From: Octopus sinensis
Taxonomy: Eukaryota
DNA length: 64,000 nt
Assembly: GCF_006345805.1 (NCBI RefSeq)
Contig: NC_042998.1
Location: 41,788,001-41,852,000 of the forward strand
Reading direction: 5' to 3'
Part shown: positions 1-13,129 of the stretch, piece after piece
Position numbering within the stretch: position 1 is the first letter of the stretch
Layout of the letters: each line of letters begins with the position of its first letter
Notes under the pieces: model-generated
Seen by the model: only the letters and a program-made list of their open reading frames with translations
Databases searched by the model: none
Told to the model about the DNA's origin: nothing
Made by a program: the position numbers and the translations under genes

Positions 1-660
1 AGAGTGAAGTTGAACCCGAAGATATTTGATGACCAAGTGAAGGCGGCGATTGTAGAAAGAGAGACAGTAATGAAACTGAAAAATATGTTTACAGCTGTAT
101 GCGTAATGAAATGCATTCGGTATGACTGGTTGCCAGGTATTATAGAACAGAAGAAGTTACTCGAGTACATTACGGATGAGAGCCCTGAATAACACAATTG
201 TAATTGTAAATGAAACTGCGAGCTTTGGGGGGCTTGTAAGACATTCCATTTAATTCATTACAAATAATTCATTGTCATACCATCCTTTTGTATTTTTTTA
301 TTATATGTACCCCATGTCCTGTATTGTTATGTCCCCTCTTCATTCGGGCCATTGTGCCTATAATAAAGATAAAGCGACGCTTGTTGGGTTCGGCTGCTCT
401 GCATTGATAAGGGGCAAATACCCTGAAACTAGTCTGAAGATGCCTGACCAGCATGGGGAAGCAGCTGACCTCCCCTGATCGAAGGTTATAATGGACACAG
501 GTGTGTGTGTATCACATAGCTAGCTAGAGGCGATGGCCTCTTGGAGCTAATCAATGGCAGCATCCGTCCTATATTTCTGGACTGCCATATTAGCTTGGCG
601 ATAACTATTAATATCCAGTACTGCTGCCATAGTCTCCTTTAGAGAGACTTAGAAATATTA
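1..660 (+). mobile_element. Probable Penelope-like element (PLE) terminal/pLTR fragment or retrozyme-like repeat
   Basis: CpG-retaining non-microsatellite block holding a minimal type I hammerhead (398-440), AATAAA at about 363 and the end of an unidentified ORF (4-192). No RT or GIY-YIG motif seen, so the PLE call rests on the ribozyme. Confidence 0.4.
398..440 (+). ncRNA. Minimal type I hammerhead ribozyme (PLE-type)
   Basis: TCTGCA-TTGATAA-GGGG caaata CCCT-GAAA-CTAGTC-TGAAGA. Stem I TCTGCA/TGAAGA (5 of 6 pairs), core UUGAUAA, stem II GGGG/CCCU, GAAA, palindromic ACUAGU stem III, GUC cleavage triplet at 432-434. Confidence 0.7.
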
Positions 661-795
661 ATATTTCTATTACTAATATATATTGATATATATTAGTACA
701 CAAACACTCACATACACATATCAATGTACATCAATCATCATCATCATCATAATTTAATGTCCAATATATGTAAAATAAATATTAATATATATGTA

Positions 796-844
<49 letters not shown>

Positions 845-1267
845 TTATATATATATATATATATATATTAACATAAATATAAGAAATATTCCTTCTGTGT
901 CATCAGTATAAAGTAAAACCACCAACAAAATCTTATGTGCCTAAGGAAATTTGAATATCCTTATAAATATTTAATGTTTGTAGCAAAATCCCTTCAAAAA
1001 GAAAAAATGAAAAGAATTATTCAACAATAGATAATTGAACAAGTTTTTAGAACAATATATAAATCCAATTTACCTCCACATATATAACACACAGCCAAAA
1101 CAAATAAACAAATCCCACCTACATAGGAAAACTAGATGAATCATGTATGTACTAGTTACAGAATAGATATATATGTCATAAAATGTACTCATAAGTTAGA
1201 ACCCATGTGTTACTAACATACATATATTAAAATGTATTAAGAAACACTATAATTAAAACATATCTGG

Positions 1268-1329
<62 letters not shown>

Positions 1330-2359
1330 CGTACATATACACATACATGCATACATACATACATATTCTTTTGTATTTTTATCCTTTGTTTTGCATTACT
1401 ACGTCAAAACCATGATAGAAGGCAAAATTACTGAAAGATATTCTGTAGTATTTATATTTCCAACAAATACAATGAAAACTGAATGTTTGTTTTTGAAGAA
1501 TACATTACTTGCTTATAATGTAATGTAACTGAATATTTTGGGAAGTTGATTTGGAATTTCAGCAAGATTTATTTTATTATAAAAACATTATTCAAAAATC
1601 AAACTAGTATATTTTGAATGAAAAAGAAGTTGAAAATTTTCATTTATATGATTTACAACAAAAGCCCTTATCTGCAAGGAGACTTGCTACTTGACATTTT
1701 ATAAAACATCAATAAAAAACTGAAAGCTTATTTTTAAAGAATGTATTATTTATAATGCTTCATTACAATTTTTCTTCAATTAATAGTATTTTTTGCTTTA
1801 CTTACTTGAAATTACCAAATAATATAAAGATGATTTATGATTTCTATGAGATTTTGAATAAGAAATAGATTAAGCATGAAAGATTTGTTCCCTGTTTGAT
1901 ACAAATTTATATGAAATGCAAATCATTCATAACCTTTAAGAGGGTTCTTTCTGGAAGCTCTGAATTCATGTAGTTTGACTGGCCAAGTTGATTAGGAAAA
2001 ATTTCAATGTGAAGTGTTTCCATGGGGGACCAAAGCTAAATTACAGACTCTACTAGTCAGGAATTTACACCAACTCTACAATACTTGCACTAATTTCATA
2101 CACCATAAACATTTTTATTTATACATTATAAAAAAGGAAAATAATCATGGCTTAATTATTTCTTATAATTTATACAATTTATATGCAAATATCCAAATTT
2201 TAAAAATTCTCTAGTCTCTCCAAGAATGAAAATATGAATGGAAAAAAAGTTAATTTGATTGTTAGAGTCTGTTTTTATAAGTTGATTATTTTTTTCTTTC
2301 TGATTAATTTCTGTAATCTTTTCTCCATGCTTTTGAGAATTTTTCTCCTTTCTCTCGTA

Positions 2360-2647
2360 TCTTTTACTTGTTTCAGTCATTGGACTGTGGCCATGCAGGG
2401 GCACCACCTTGAAGGGTTTTACTTGAGCATATCACCCCCAGTACTTATTTTTATGTCTCATACTTATCCTGTCAATCTCTTGACTGAACTACTAAGTCAA
2501 GGGGACATAAACAAACCAATACTGATTGTCAAGAGGCATTGGTCAGCCCAGAGCTATAGTAGAAGACACTTGCCCAAGTTACTGTATAGTGGGATTGAAC
2601 CTGAAACCAGATAGTTGAAAAGTGAGCTTCTTAACTACACAATCATG
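2360..2647 (-). mobile_element. tRNA-derived SINE family B (head joined to tail, central microsatellite missing)
   Basis: Matches the complete copy at 29705-30115: tail 'cagtcattggactgtggccatgc', head 'gaagacacttgcccaag...gtgggattgaacc'. Confidence 0.7.
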
Positions 2648-3351
2648 TCTTGCTGAAATTTTTAACGAAAATAAAAATAGAAATTTAAAGGTAATATCTA
2701 AATCAAGTTTTTAATTTTCATATTTGTATCCAAGGAATTTCCCTTATCTTGCAACAAATAGTTTCCTTTGAAGGAGGTTCAGAGCCATCAAGAGATTTTG
2801 TGATGGTTGCCAGTTGTTGATAAGGAGTGACTCTTAAACAAGTGCTGTTTTTTTTTCCTAAAAGTTTGAAAAGAAAAGATTTTCCTTTGGGTGTATACTT
2901 CAGGCTTGATGTGTATGCATCACAGAATGATTTGAAGTACATTGACCACTATAATAAATCTTGGCTTTTTTGCTAACTTGTATTTCTAAAATTTGCAAAT
3001 TTTTTAGTGTAGGAACAAGACAGTTGCTTTGTTTTGCATATTTTGACCTCTTTCAATCAATCAGAGGTGCCAACTCTATCTTTTTCAGCCTTACTTATTT
3101 GTTAAGTAATAGGCCAAAAAAATCAATATTATCAATATTATCTGTTGGCTTAAATTATATAAAAAGATAATAAAATGTCATTTCTCTGTTAGTTGTAGCC
3201 TAGCTTCCAAACCAAGAACATGGTTTAGCCCTCAACTTTTGGTCTGTGGCTGACAGTAACAGGTACTAATACTGCCATTATAGCAACTGAACTCACCTAC
3301 AAGGCAATGAAACTGCTATCCTGTCACCAATCTCACACTAGCACACATATA

Positions 3352-4208
3352 CAAGGTGCATTCAAAAAATATCTGACTTTTTTCCTACCAAATCTAATGT
3401 TGCATGGGGTAAATCATTTGGGTGGGAGGTAACATCACTCTTTCAGTGCATGCATGAAAATTTACAAGCCTGTTGTTATGTCAGTTCTCAGCTGTTACAG
3501 CTAAAGTACAGATGTGTAGTGCATGCTCATTGGATTTATATTTGCATGCAAGATGACCAAATGAGACCATAAGCCCATGTCTCATCACCAATGATAATGG
3601 TCTTCATGATGTCTGGGTCATAGTTTGCACAGTCCAGCATATCCTGAGTGATTTCCATGAAAAGTTGCTTCTGCTGCTCTGCTAACACTTTGGGGATGAT
3701 TTCACTGACACTCCCAGCATGCACAAATCCACTATTAAAATGAATGCACTTATCTTGAGCTTATTCCCACTTTGTCAGAAATTTCCTGACAAAAATTGTT
3801 ACATGATGATCTTCCAAGACTAATCACCAAACCTTCCCAATTGGCTCCTTCTTTTAGCTTGTGGATGGGCTACCTGAACATGTCTTACTCTGAGTTTTTC
3901 CCATGGCATCATCACCGAAGGCCTGCTGAATCTTCTGGATGGTTTGAGCTGGAGTATCACTAAGCTTTTGATAGAACTTGATGCAATATCTCTGCTTGAT
4001 GCATTCAGTGAAAATGAAAATCCAATGAGTGCACATTACATGTCTTTGCTGTAGGTGTGACAGCTGGGAACTAATACAGCCTACAGGTGTGATAATTTTC
4101 TTGTATGTGCTGAAAGGGTGGTATCACCTCCCATCCAAAGGATTTTCCTCATGTGGCATTAGTTTTGGCAGGGAAAAATAAAGTTGGATACTCTTTGAAT
4201 GCATCTCT
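3352..4208 (-). mobile_element. Mariner (Tc1/mariner) transposon, internally deleted
   Basis: TIRs caaggtgcattcaaaaaatatc / gatactctttgaatgcatctct with TA on both sides. Minus-strand remnants QRYCIKFYQKL (HTH) and IIIGDETWAY (first catalytic D). Confidence 0.85.
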
Positions 4209-4397
4209 TATACTGCTCACAATACAGAGTGGGCAAAAAGTCACACTCCAAAAGTGAAACTCATTTATATATACATATATATATATGTATAAATATATAT
4301 ATATATAAATCTTGCATATTTTAAAAGCAATTTTTTATAAATTAAATAAAATAAATAAAATAAGGATGAATACACATATACTAGTACATAATGAACA

Positions 4398-4398
4398 A

Positions 4399-4457
<59 letters not shown>

Positions 4458-4711
4458 TAATAATAATGATAATAATAATAATCCTTTCTACTATAGGCAC
4501 AAAGCCCGAAATTTAGGGGAGGGGGCTAGTCAATCCCAGTGCTCAACTGGTACTTATTTCCTTGACCTAGAAAAGATAAAAAGCAAAGTCGACCTTGGTG
4601 GAATTTGAACTCAGAATGTAAGATCGGATGAAATGCCATAAGCATTTTACCCAGTGTGCTAATAATCCTGCAAGCTCGTCACCTTAAATAATAATAATAA
4701 TGATGACGATG

Positions 4712-4770
<59 letters not shown>
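4398..4770. repeat. (AAT)n microsatellites flanking a SINE
   Basis: Pure AAT runs at about 4398-4482 and 4688-4770. Confidence 0.95.
4483..4684 (-). mobile_element. tRNA-derived SINE family A
   Basis: Core 'cccagtgctcaactggtacttat' and B-box-like 'gaatttgaactcag' shared with 23740, 44086 and 50521. Confidence 0.75.
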
Positions 4771-4773
<3 letters not shown>

Positions 4774-5576
4774 CATCATCATCAATGATATTGTTTTATG
4801 TGTAGTCACAGCAGTATCTTATTATTGTTATTTTTGTTTTTTTATCATTATCACCATCACAGTAGTGTCTGTCTGTCTCGTTGGCTGGCTTGGTGGTTGG
4901 CTAGCTGACTGTCTTCAACACCAGAGTTCTTGCCTGTCAAATAATACTTTCTTTGTGTTGGTTGAACTCTTTGAGTGTATTTGTGTAGATAGATAGATAG
5001 ATTATCAGCACTATTACTATCATTATTATCATCATCACCATCATCACCATTACCGTCAGTGATATTTTTTTTTTTTTTTTTTTTTTAGGTGGGGTCCTAT
5101 CTGTCAAAAAAAGTTCAGATGTTTACTACTATTAGGCTAAAGAAAAATTAAGGAAGAGTTGTTCTGTATTGTTTGTGAATAGAGAAGTTGTGTTCCACCA
5201 GAGAGAATCTTAGCATCATCATTTTTTTTTTTTTTTCCATGTGCGTTTGTGTTATTGCAATAAAACGTGTTTGTATATTTCCTGTAAGGTAATATTGTGG
5301 AGGTTGAAGTTGACTTTTCTAGAGATGTTTGTATGTCCAGTTAGAAGAACAGGTGTGTTTTTACAATAAAAAGTATATGTTTACATTTATATTTGAATAT
5401 TCAGGGAGGAAGCAAAGAAAAGTCAGATTTTCATAGAAAGTTTTAGGGTTTTGTAAGTCCACAAAAAGAAAAGCGTGATGTTTTTAGAGAGAAGAAAAAA
5501 AAGAAAAAAAGGATGTTTACAGAGGTGGTGATAATGATGATAGTGATGGTAATGGTGATGATAATAACAATAATAA

Positions 5577-8500
5577 GCCGACTACGGCTGCTATAATGGT
5601 ACGATTATAATTGTAACGACAATGATGGCCGTCTCCCCACGAGCCAATCAAAGCTAAAAAATGATAACATTATCGTAGCACCAAAATGTTTTTGGAAACT
5701 AAAAGGAAAACTAAGTCAGTATACCAAATCGCTTGTCCTATGGTTAATCTGGAAGCGCGTCCCTCAGGGAAGAGCCAGCCTGGGATCGAAAAGTCATCAA
5801 CTGGCACAAACTCTTCTCCGAATACGGACATGGATGGTCACTTGAACGGGAAATCCCCCAACTCGAGCCCTCCAAGTTCACCACCACCACACACAGAAAG
5901 AAAAATGTAAGCGGAACAAATGGACCCGAGAAGAGTATAAAGAAGTAATATACGCTTATTACTATGCATTAGGTAGGCCATCTCAAGAGAGACACACCGC
6001 AAACTCTTACAGTATATGGAGAACACGGAATCAAGACAGTAGGCCCTATTTGGACGAGAACAAATTAGCAAATGTGAGGAGGGATATCCTTAGAAATAAC
6101 AGACTCACAGACAGTGAAATAAGCGCGATCAAGCACGCAACGGAAAATGACATAAATATAAGACACAAAGGAAATGAAGAATCAGATGAACAGTATAGCC
6201 CGCCATGAGGCTTAATTGAAAGACTGCCATCTGACCAAAGTATGCAAAGGCCTGAAGATACAAGAAATTCTATTGTACCTGTTAAAGATAGCCAGGAAAA
6301 CGAAAAAACAACAGTAACTGAAGATCTCGCATTTGCTGAAGAACACAGAGAGTCTATGGCAGAAATGAAGCAGAAAATCCTGAATACGCTTGAAGTTGTA
6401 AGACATACAAGTATGAATGATAGAGAACCACTTCATAAACTCTCAAATACAAACAAAATAAAAAAACAAATCCGAATTGGCAACTATGTAACAAATAAAA
6501 TAATACGAGAATTAAAACCTGATTTTACTGAGTTAAATGAAATTATTTACGCTTCTGCTAGGGCAATTGAAACCAGCTGTATGCCCCCGAAAAAACAAAG
6601 AAAACAAAACCTGGGAAGAAATCAAACCTGGAGAAGTAAAATTGAAAAAGAGATTGAATTTATGAGAGGGGAAATATCAATATTAAATGAACTAATATGT
6701 GGAAATGATGTAAGATCCAGAACAGGAAGAAAGATGAAGAGAAAATTTGGATCCTCACCAAGAGAAGAACTGATATCAATAAAAGAAACGCTGAAACAAA
6801 AAGTCCAAGCAAAAGCCCAAAGAATACGAAGATTTGAGAAGAGAAACAAGTTTTACAAGCAAAATAAGCTGTTCACATCCAATGCCAAAAAATTCTACAG
6901 AGAAATAGGGAAGGAGAAAGTAACCGTTAAAGATCCCCCTCCTATGGAAGAAGTTCAAAACTTTTGGAAAAGGATTTGGAGTGACAAGAAGACGTACAAC
7001 ATAAATGCAGACTGGATTATACAAACTGAAGGATCCTACCAAAATTTACAACAACAAGCATGGGAAGACATCACAATAGCAGACCTAAGAAAGGCACTCA
7101 CGAAGGCCCATAATTGGAAATCCCCCAGTAAAGATAGGGTGCCGAATTTCTGGCTCGCATCGCTCCCATGCGCACACAGTAAGCTAGTTCAGCTGCTCAA
7201 TGGAATTATGAGAGACCAAAGAAAACACCTGAATGGTTAGCAAGTGGCATTACTACCTACTCCAAAGAATAACGAAACCAACCTTCCAAAAAACTATCGG
7301 CCTATAACCTGTCTATCCACCACGTATAAAATCCTAACATCTATCCTGGCGGAGAAAACATGCATTCATGGAGAAAAACGATATTTTCCCCATCGAACAA
7401 AAAGGGTGCCGCCGAGGCTCTTACGGATGCAAAGATCAACTGCTAATCAATCGTATGATCCTTGAGAACTGTCACAACAAGCGCAGAAATCTCAGCACCG
7501 CATGGATTGACTACAAAAAGGCCTTCGACAGTATACCGCATCCATGGATCTTGAGATCGCTGGACATCTTCAAAATTTCCCCTGTGATTTCAAACTTCCT
7601 GAAGCACAATATGTCGTTGTGGAATACGAATCTCCAATTATACCACTCTAATGGAGTACTTGCCTCAGAAAATATAAACATCAACTGTGGAATTTTTCAA
7701 GGTGACTCACTTTCACCTTTAATATTCTGCATAGCCCTAATACCCCTTACAAGTGAATTAAACAGAACAGGGTATAGGTATAAAATTGCCAATAAAAAAA
7801 TAAGCCATCTATTTTATATGGATGACTTAAAACTTTATGGTAAAGACAATAATGAACTTGAAGGCCTATTGCGCACAGTGAAAGCATTCAGCGATGACAT
7901 CGGGATGGAGTTTGGACTTGAGAAGTGTGCCAAGGCCACTTTCCAGAAAGGGAAAGTGAAGACCACAAATTCAGTCATGTTAGATGTTGACACAGTCATA
8001 AGAGAGCTTGAGCAAGAACAAACATACAAATATTTGGGATAAATGAAGGCTCTGGTATTCAGCATGCAAGCATGAAAGAGAAAATCAGGAAGGAATGTTA
8101 TAGGAGAGTTCGTGCAGTCCTGAAATCTGAACTAAATGCACGTAACAAGGTGTTAGCTATAAATTCCTTAGCAGTTCCAGTTGTTACTTATAGCTACAAT
8201 GTGTTGAACTGGAATATGAGTGAAGTAAAGAATATAGATAGAAAAATACGCAAGCTGCTGAGTTGTAATAGGATGCACCACCCAAAGGCAGACGTAGATC
8301 GCCTTTACCTTCCCAGAGCCAAGGAGGTCGAGGCCTGATCCAATTTGAACTAGCTTACAAAACAACCACAATTGGACTGGCCAAATATCTCGAAATATCG
8401 AATGACAGGATGCTAAAGCTCGTGGAAAATCATGAGAGACGAAAGAAGCTTCATTCTATCATAAAGGAAAGCAAAAAATTTGCTATTGATCTCGTGCAGG

Positions 8501-9543
8501 ATACCCAAACTGAACAACCCGAGGGAAGTACGGCAACTATTGTTGCAAAGAAGGTGAAAATGATGGCAATGAAAAAAGCGCACAAGCAATTGGCTGATAG
8601 GTGGGAGGAGAAACCTCTGCACAGCAAATATGTGACCCGCAGCAAACAAGCTGATGTTGACCAGAAGCAAACCCATCAGTGGCTATGGAGCTCAGGGCTA
8701 AAAGCAGAGAGCGAAGGTTTCATCCTGGCTGCTCAAGATCAAAGCCTATTAACCCGGAACTACCAGGCCAATGTGATGAAAAATGGAGCAGACCCAAAAT
8801 GCCGATTCTGCAACGACATGATTGAAATAGTGGACCACCTAATCTCTGGGTGTAAAGTCTTAGCACCAGTGGAGTATAAATTAAGACATGACAGAGTTGG
8901 CCAATATCTCCACTGGCTAATAAGTCGGCATTACAATATCAAAACTGCCGACAAGTGGTATAATCACCACCCTGAGGCTGTAACTGAAGGAGAAAATGTG
9001 ACCATTCTGTGGGACTTTCCAGTACATACAGACCGAACCATCAAGGCCAATAAACCAGATATTGTTGTGAAAGACCAAAACAATAAAGTTTGCTTATTGA
9101 TCGACATGAGCATCCCCTGTGATCATAATATCTCAGCGAAAGAGTTTGACAAGCTCAGAAATATAAAGACCTACTCATTGAAATTGAGAAAATGTGGCAT
9201 CTCAAGGCGGTTACAATACCAGTGATCGTAGGAGCACTAGGAATGATCAAGAAGGGAACCGAAAATTATATGAGAATGATCCCTGGCTTACCATCCCTGC
9301 AAGAAGTGCAAAAGATTGTCTTAACTGGTACATCACACGTATTGAGAAGAGCATTGTCGATGTGAGAACTGTTGCTGCTCCTGTATTTTAATTTAACATT
9401 AAAAAAAAAAATTTTTTTTAAATGAACGAACTACTGAGTTTGGTTTAATGGCCTACCAATGTATACTATGAGTTTCTTTGCCCTAGGAGTCGGGAAGACA
9501 CTCGGCAAGAAATGGAAGCAAATTTGAAAGAAGAAAAAAAAAG
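5577..9543 (+). mobile_element. Full-length R4/Dong-clade non-LTR retrotransposon (RT plus restriction-like endonuclease), decayed
   Basis: 15-bp TSD TAATAACAATAATAA at 5562-5576 and 9544-9558. Single long ORF broken by several lesions. 3' UTR about 9366-9543. Confidence 0.9.
5686..9365 (+). pseudogene. R4/Dong ORF: reverse transcriptase, CCHC finger, PD-(D/E)xK endonuclease; frameshifted
   Basis: RT motifs IDYKKAFDS, IFQGDSLSPL, FYMDDL. CRFC...HLISGC finger, RHDRV, KPDIVVKD...LIDMSIP. C-terminus VLRRALSM* ends at 9365. Split over ORFs 5686-5910, 6242-7240, 7244-8042, 8072-8338, 8410-9225 and a terminal frame. Confidence 0.9.
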
Positions 9544-9550
9544 TAATAAC

Positions 9551-9589
<39 letters not shown>

Positions 9590-9591
9590 TA

Positions 9592-9646
<55 letters not shown>

Positions 9647-9675
9647 GTTATTATCATCATTATTATTATTATTGT
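9544..9675. repeat. (AAT)n directly followed by (ATT)n, an inverted microsatellite pair
   Basis: Read directly; strand polarity switches at about 9588-9592. Confidence 0.9.
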
Positions 9676-10430
9676 TTAATATAAATAAAAATATCAAATG
9701 TTTTGGTGGTCCACCTGTAAAATCATTGATACAACCAAACATTATAACATAGACACTGCCAAACTAAATTTATTTTTACCCTCACAGGGTTAGTAGAGAT
9801 TTTACAGGAGATTATCATGTAGCATTTGAAAATAAATACGTTTATATAACAAAAATTCTTAATTTATTCTTTCACTCAAGGTGATAAAATCTTTCTATCC
9901 ACCTGAACAAAAGAACAACTACAACACCATAAACCCAGATGTTACAACTGTCTCAGCAACTGCTGAAAGCTAAGATAATTTTTGTCTCTGAAGATAATGC
10001 CTAGACAGCTTGATTCAGTTTGTTAATATAAAGAATATTAGATCCCTAGAAAATAATACATGATAATATGTATATATTGAATACGAAATAATTTTTGTGA
10101 TTGTTCTTGACTACTTAAAATATGTTGTAGTCTCTTTCTGGTTTTTCTTGTCATGACTACATGACAAAAAATAAAGTTATAAGTGGTTAATAGTTTCTTA
10201 AATGAAAAATCATAACAACCAAAGGCTGATTTAATCTATATTCAATGTTGTTAACCATAGAAAAATAAATCATTAACAAGAAAACGACTTGGTACTAGCT
10301 GTTTGGCACTACCTGACCAGGGTCAACTGTTTTAAAGAAGGCATGAAATATAAAATATGACTCCTCTTAACATTAGTTTAGCCCTAATCAATATGAAATA
10401 ATTTTAAGTGAAATTAATAATTTGATACAC

Positions 10431-10432
<2 letters not shown>

Positions 10433-10466
<34 letters not shown>

Positions 10467-10518
10467 TGTATGTATGTATGTATGTAGGTATGTATGTATG
10501 TATGTATGTATATATTAC

Positions 10519-10555
<37 letters not shown>

Positions 10556-10586
10556 ATATATATTATATATATAATATATTATATAT

Positions 10587-10628
<42 letters not shown>
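10433..10628. repeat. (ATGT)n plus degenerate (TA)n microsatellite
   Basis: Read directly. Confidence 0.95.
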
Positions 10629-10631
<3 letters not shown>

Positions 10632-11036
10632 GATGCGTGTGTACGTACAGCCATGCTACATGGTAGTGAAACATGGGCCGTGACAGCTGAGGATATGCGT
10701 AAGCTTGCAAGAAACGAAGCCAGTATGCTCCGATGGATGTGTAATGTCAGTGTTCATAATCGTCAGAGTGTAAGTACTTTGAGAGAAAAGTTGAACCTAA
10801 GAAGTGTCAGTTGTGGTGTGCAAGAGAGACGGCTGCGCTGGTATGGTCATGTGACGAGAATGGCTGAAGATAGTTGTGTGCAAAAGTGCTACAACCTAGC
10901 AGTTGAGGGAACCTGTGGAAGAGGTAGACCCAGGAAAACCTGGGACGAGGTGGTGAAGCACGACCTTCGAACTTTAGGTCTCACCAAGGAAATGACTGAA
11001 GACCGAGTCCTATGGAAGTGTGCTGTGCATGAGAGG

Positions 11037-12660
11037 ACCCGCAGGACTAGTCAGGCCATATCCCGTGGCCCCTACTGGGACGTCTGTGCATACCTTCCTT
11101 CTTGTGACACTTGTGAAGACCTGCTGAGGCAAGTGAAAATCAATCAAAATAGATGAACATCAATGGAATTTGTATCTTTGTGGTACCAGTGCCTGTGGCA
11201 CACAAGAAAACCATCCGAACGTGGCCGTAGCCAGTACCGCATCGACTGGCCTCCGTGCTGTGGGAACATGGTGGCACATAAAAACACCATCCGAAGACCC
11301 GGCAAGACTAGTCAGGTCATAACCCGTGGCCCCTACCTGGGACGTAGTCAGTCCACCTGTACATACCTTCCGACTTGTGAAGACCTGCTGAGGCAAGTGA
11401 AAATCAAATCAAATCAAAACAAATCAAAATAGATGAACATCAATGGAATTGTATCCTTGTGATACCAGTGCCAGTGGCACACAAGAATCCATCCGAACGT
11501 GGCCGTAGTCAGTACCGCTTGTGGTACCAGTGCCGGTGGACACAAGAATCCATCCGAACGTGGCCGTAGTCAGTACCGCTTGTGGTACCAGTGCCGGTGG
11601 CACACAAGAATCCATCCGAACGTGGCCGTAGTCAGTACCGCATCACTGGCCATCCGATCGTGGCCGTTCGCCAGCCTCATCTAGCACCTGTGTCGGTGGC
11701 ACATAAAAACACCATCCGAAGACCCGGCAAGACTAGTCAGGCCATAACCCATGGCCCCTACCTGGGACGTAGTCAGTCCACCTGTGCATACCTTCCTTCT
11801 TGTGACACTTGTGAAGACCTGTTGAGGCAAGTGAAAATCAATCAAAACAAATCAAAATAGATGAACATCAATGGAATCTGTATCTTTGTGGTACCAGTGC
11901 CGGTGGCACACACTTTGGTACCAGTGCCGGTGGCACACATGAGAACCACCGAACGTGGCCGTAGCCAGTTCCGCATCGACCGGCTCCGTGCTGTGGGCAC
12001 GTAACAAACACCATCCGATCATGGCCGTTCGCCAGCCTCATCTGGCACCTGTGTCGGTGGCACATAAAAACACCTTCCGAAGACCGGCAAAGACTAGTCA
12101 GTCCACCTGTGCATACCTTCCTTCCTTCTTGTGACACTTGTGAAGACCGGTTGAGGCAAGTGAAAATCAAATCAAATCAAATCAAATCAAAATAGACAAA
12201 ATAGATGAACATCAATGGAATTTGTATCTTGTGGTACCAGTGCCTGTGGCACACAAGAATCCATCAGTGCCGTAGTCAGTGCGGTGGGCACATGACAAAC
12301 ACCATCCGATCGTGGCCGTCGCCAGCCTCATCTAGCACCTGTGTCGGTGGCACATAAAAAACACCATCCGAGACCCGGCAAGACTAGTCAGGCCATAACC
12401 CATGGCCCCTACCTGGGACGTAGTCAGTCCACCTGTGCATACCTTCCTTCTTGTGACACTTGTGAAGACTGGTTGGGCAAGTGAAAACCAAATCAAATCA
12501 AAAACAATCAAAATAGATGACATCAATGGAATTTGTATCTTTGTGGTACCAGTGCCGGTAGCACGTGGCACATAAGAAAACCATCCGAACGTGGCCGTAG
12601 CCAGTACCGCATCGACTGGCCTCCGTGCTGTGGGCACGTAACAAGCACCATCCGATCGTG
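11037..12660 (+). repeat. Five tandem iterations (about 260-425 bp) of the proximal RTE 3' UTR
   Basis: Unit start '(ag)acccggcaagactagtcag' at about 11037, 11295, 11720, 12081 and 12371. Confidence 0.85.
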
Positions 12661-12955
12661 GCCGTTTGCCAGCCTCATCTGGCACCTGTGTCGGTGGCAC
12701 ATAAAAACACCAAAACACCATCCGAGCGTGGCCGTCTGCCAGCCTCGTCTGGCACCTGTGTCGGTGGCACATAAAAACACCATCCGAGCGTGGCCGTCTG
12801 CCAGCCTCGTCTGGCACCTGTGTCGGTGGCACATAAAAAACACCATCGAGCGTGGCCGTCTGCCAGCCTCGTCTGGCACCTGTGTCGGTGGCACAATAAA
12901 AAACACCATCCGAGCGTGGCCGTTTGTCAGCCTCGTCTGGCACCTGTCGGTGGCA
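12660..12955 (+). repeat. 62-bp minisatellite (5 units) in the RTE 3' UTR
   Basis: 'cctgtgtcgg' recurs at about 12685, 12755, 12817, 12879 and 12943. Confidence 0.9.
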
Positions 12956-13129
12956 CTAAAATCACCCACTACACTCTCGGAGTGGTTGGCGTTAGGAAGG
13001 GCATCCAGCTGTAGAAACACTGCCAGATCTGACTGGACTGGTGCAGCTTTCGGGCTCCCCAGACCCCAGTTGAACCGTCCACCCATGCTAGCATGGAAAG
13101 CGGACGTTAAATGATGATGATTATGATGA

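Noticed and set aside
5577-5690. Possible HDV-like ribozyme at the Dong 5' end (CGT-ctcccc-ACG helix and a GCTA/ATGATAA hairpin)
   Set aside because: P1 pairs only 4 bases, the P1.1 GG is missing, and P2 and J4/2 cannot be completed. A consensus from intact copies would be needed.
6622-8676. Antisense and alternate-frame ORFs over LINEs (also 12332-13281 and 62795-63524)
   Set aside because: They are shadows of the LINE coding strand or UTR repeats, with no independent motifs.
12660-12955. Regular repeats of about 60 bp that resemble a CRISPR array (also 11459-11641 and 62075-62400)
   Set aside because: Units are tandem with no unique spacers, lie in an RTE 3' UTR, and there are no cas genes in this eukaryotic DNA.
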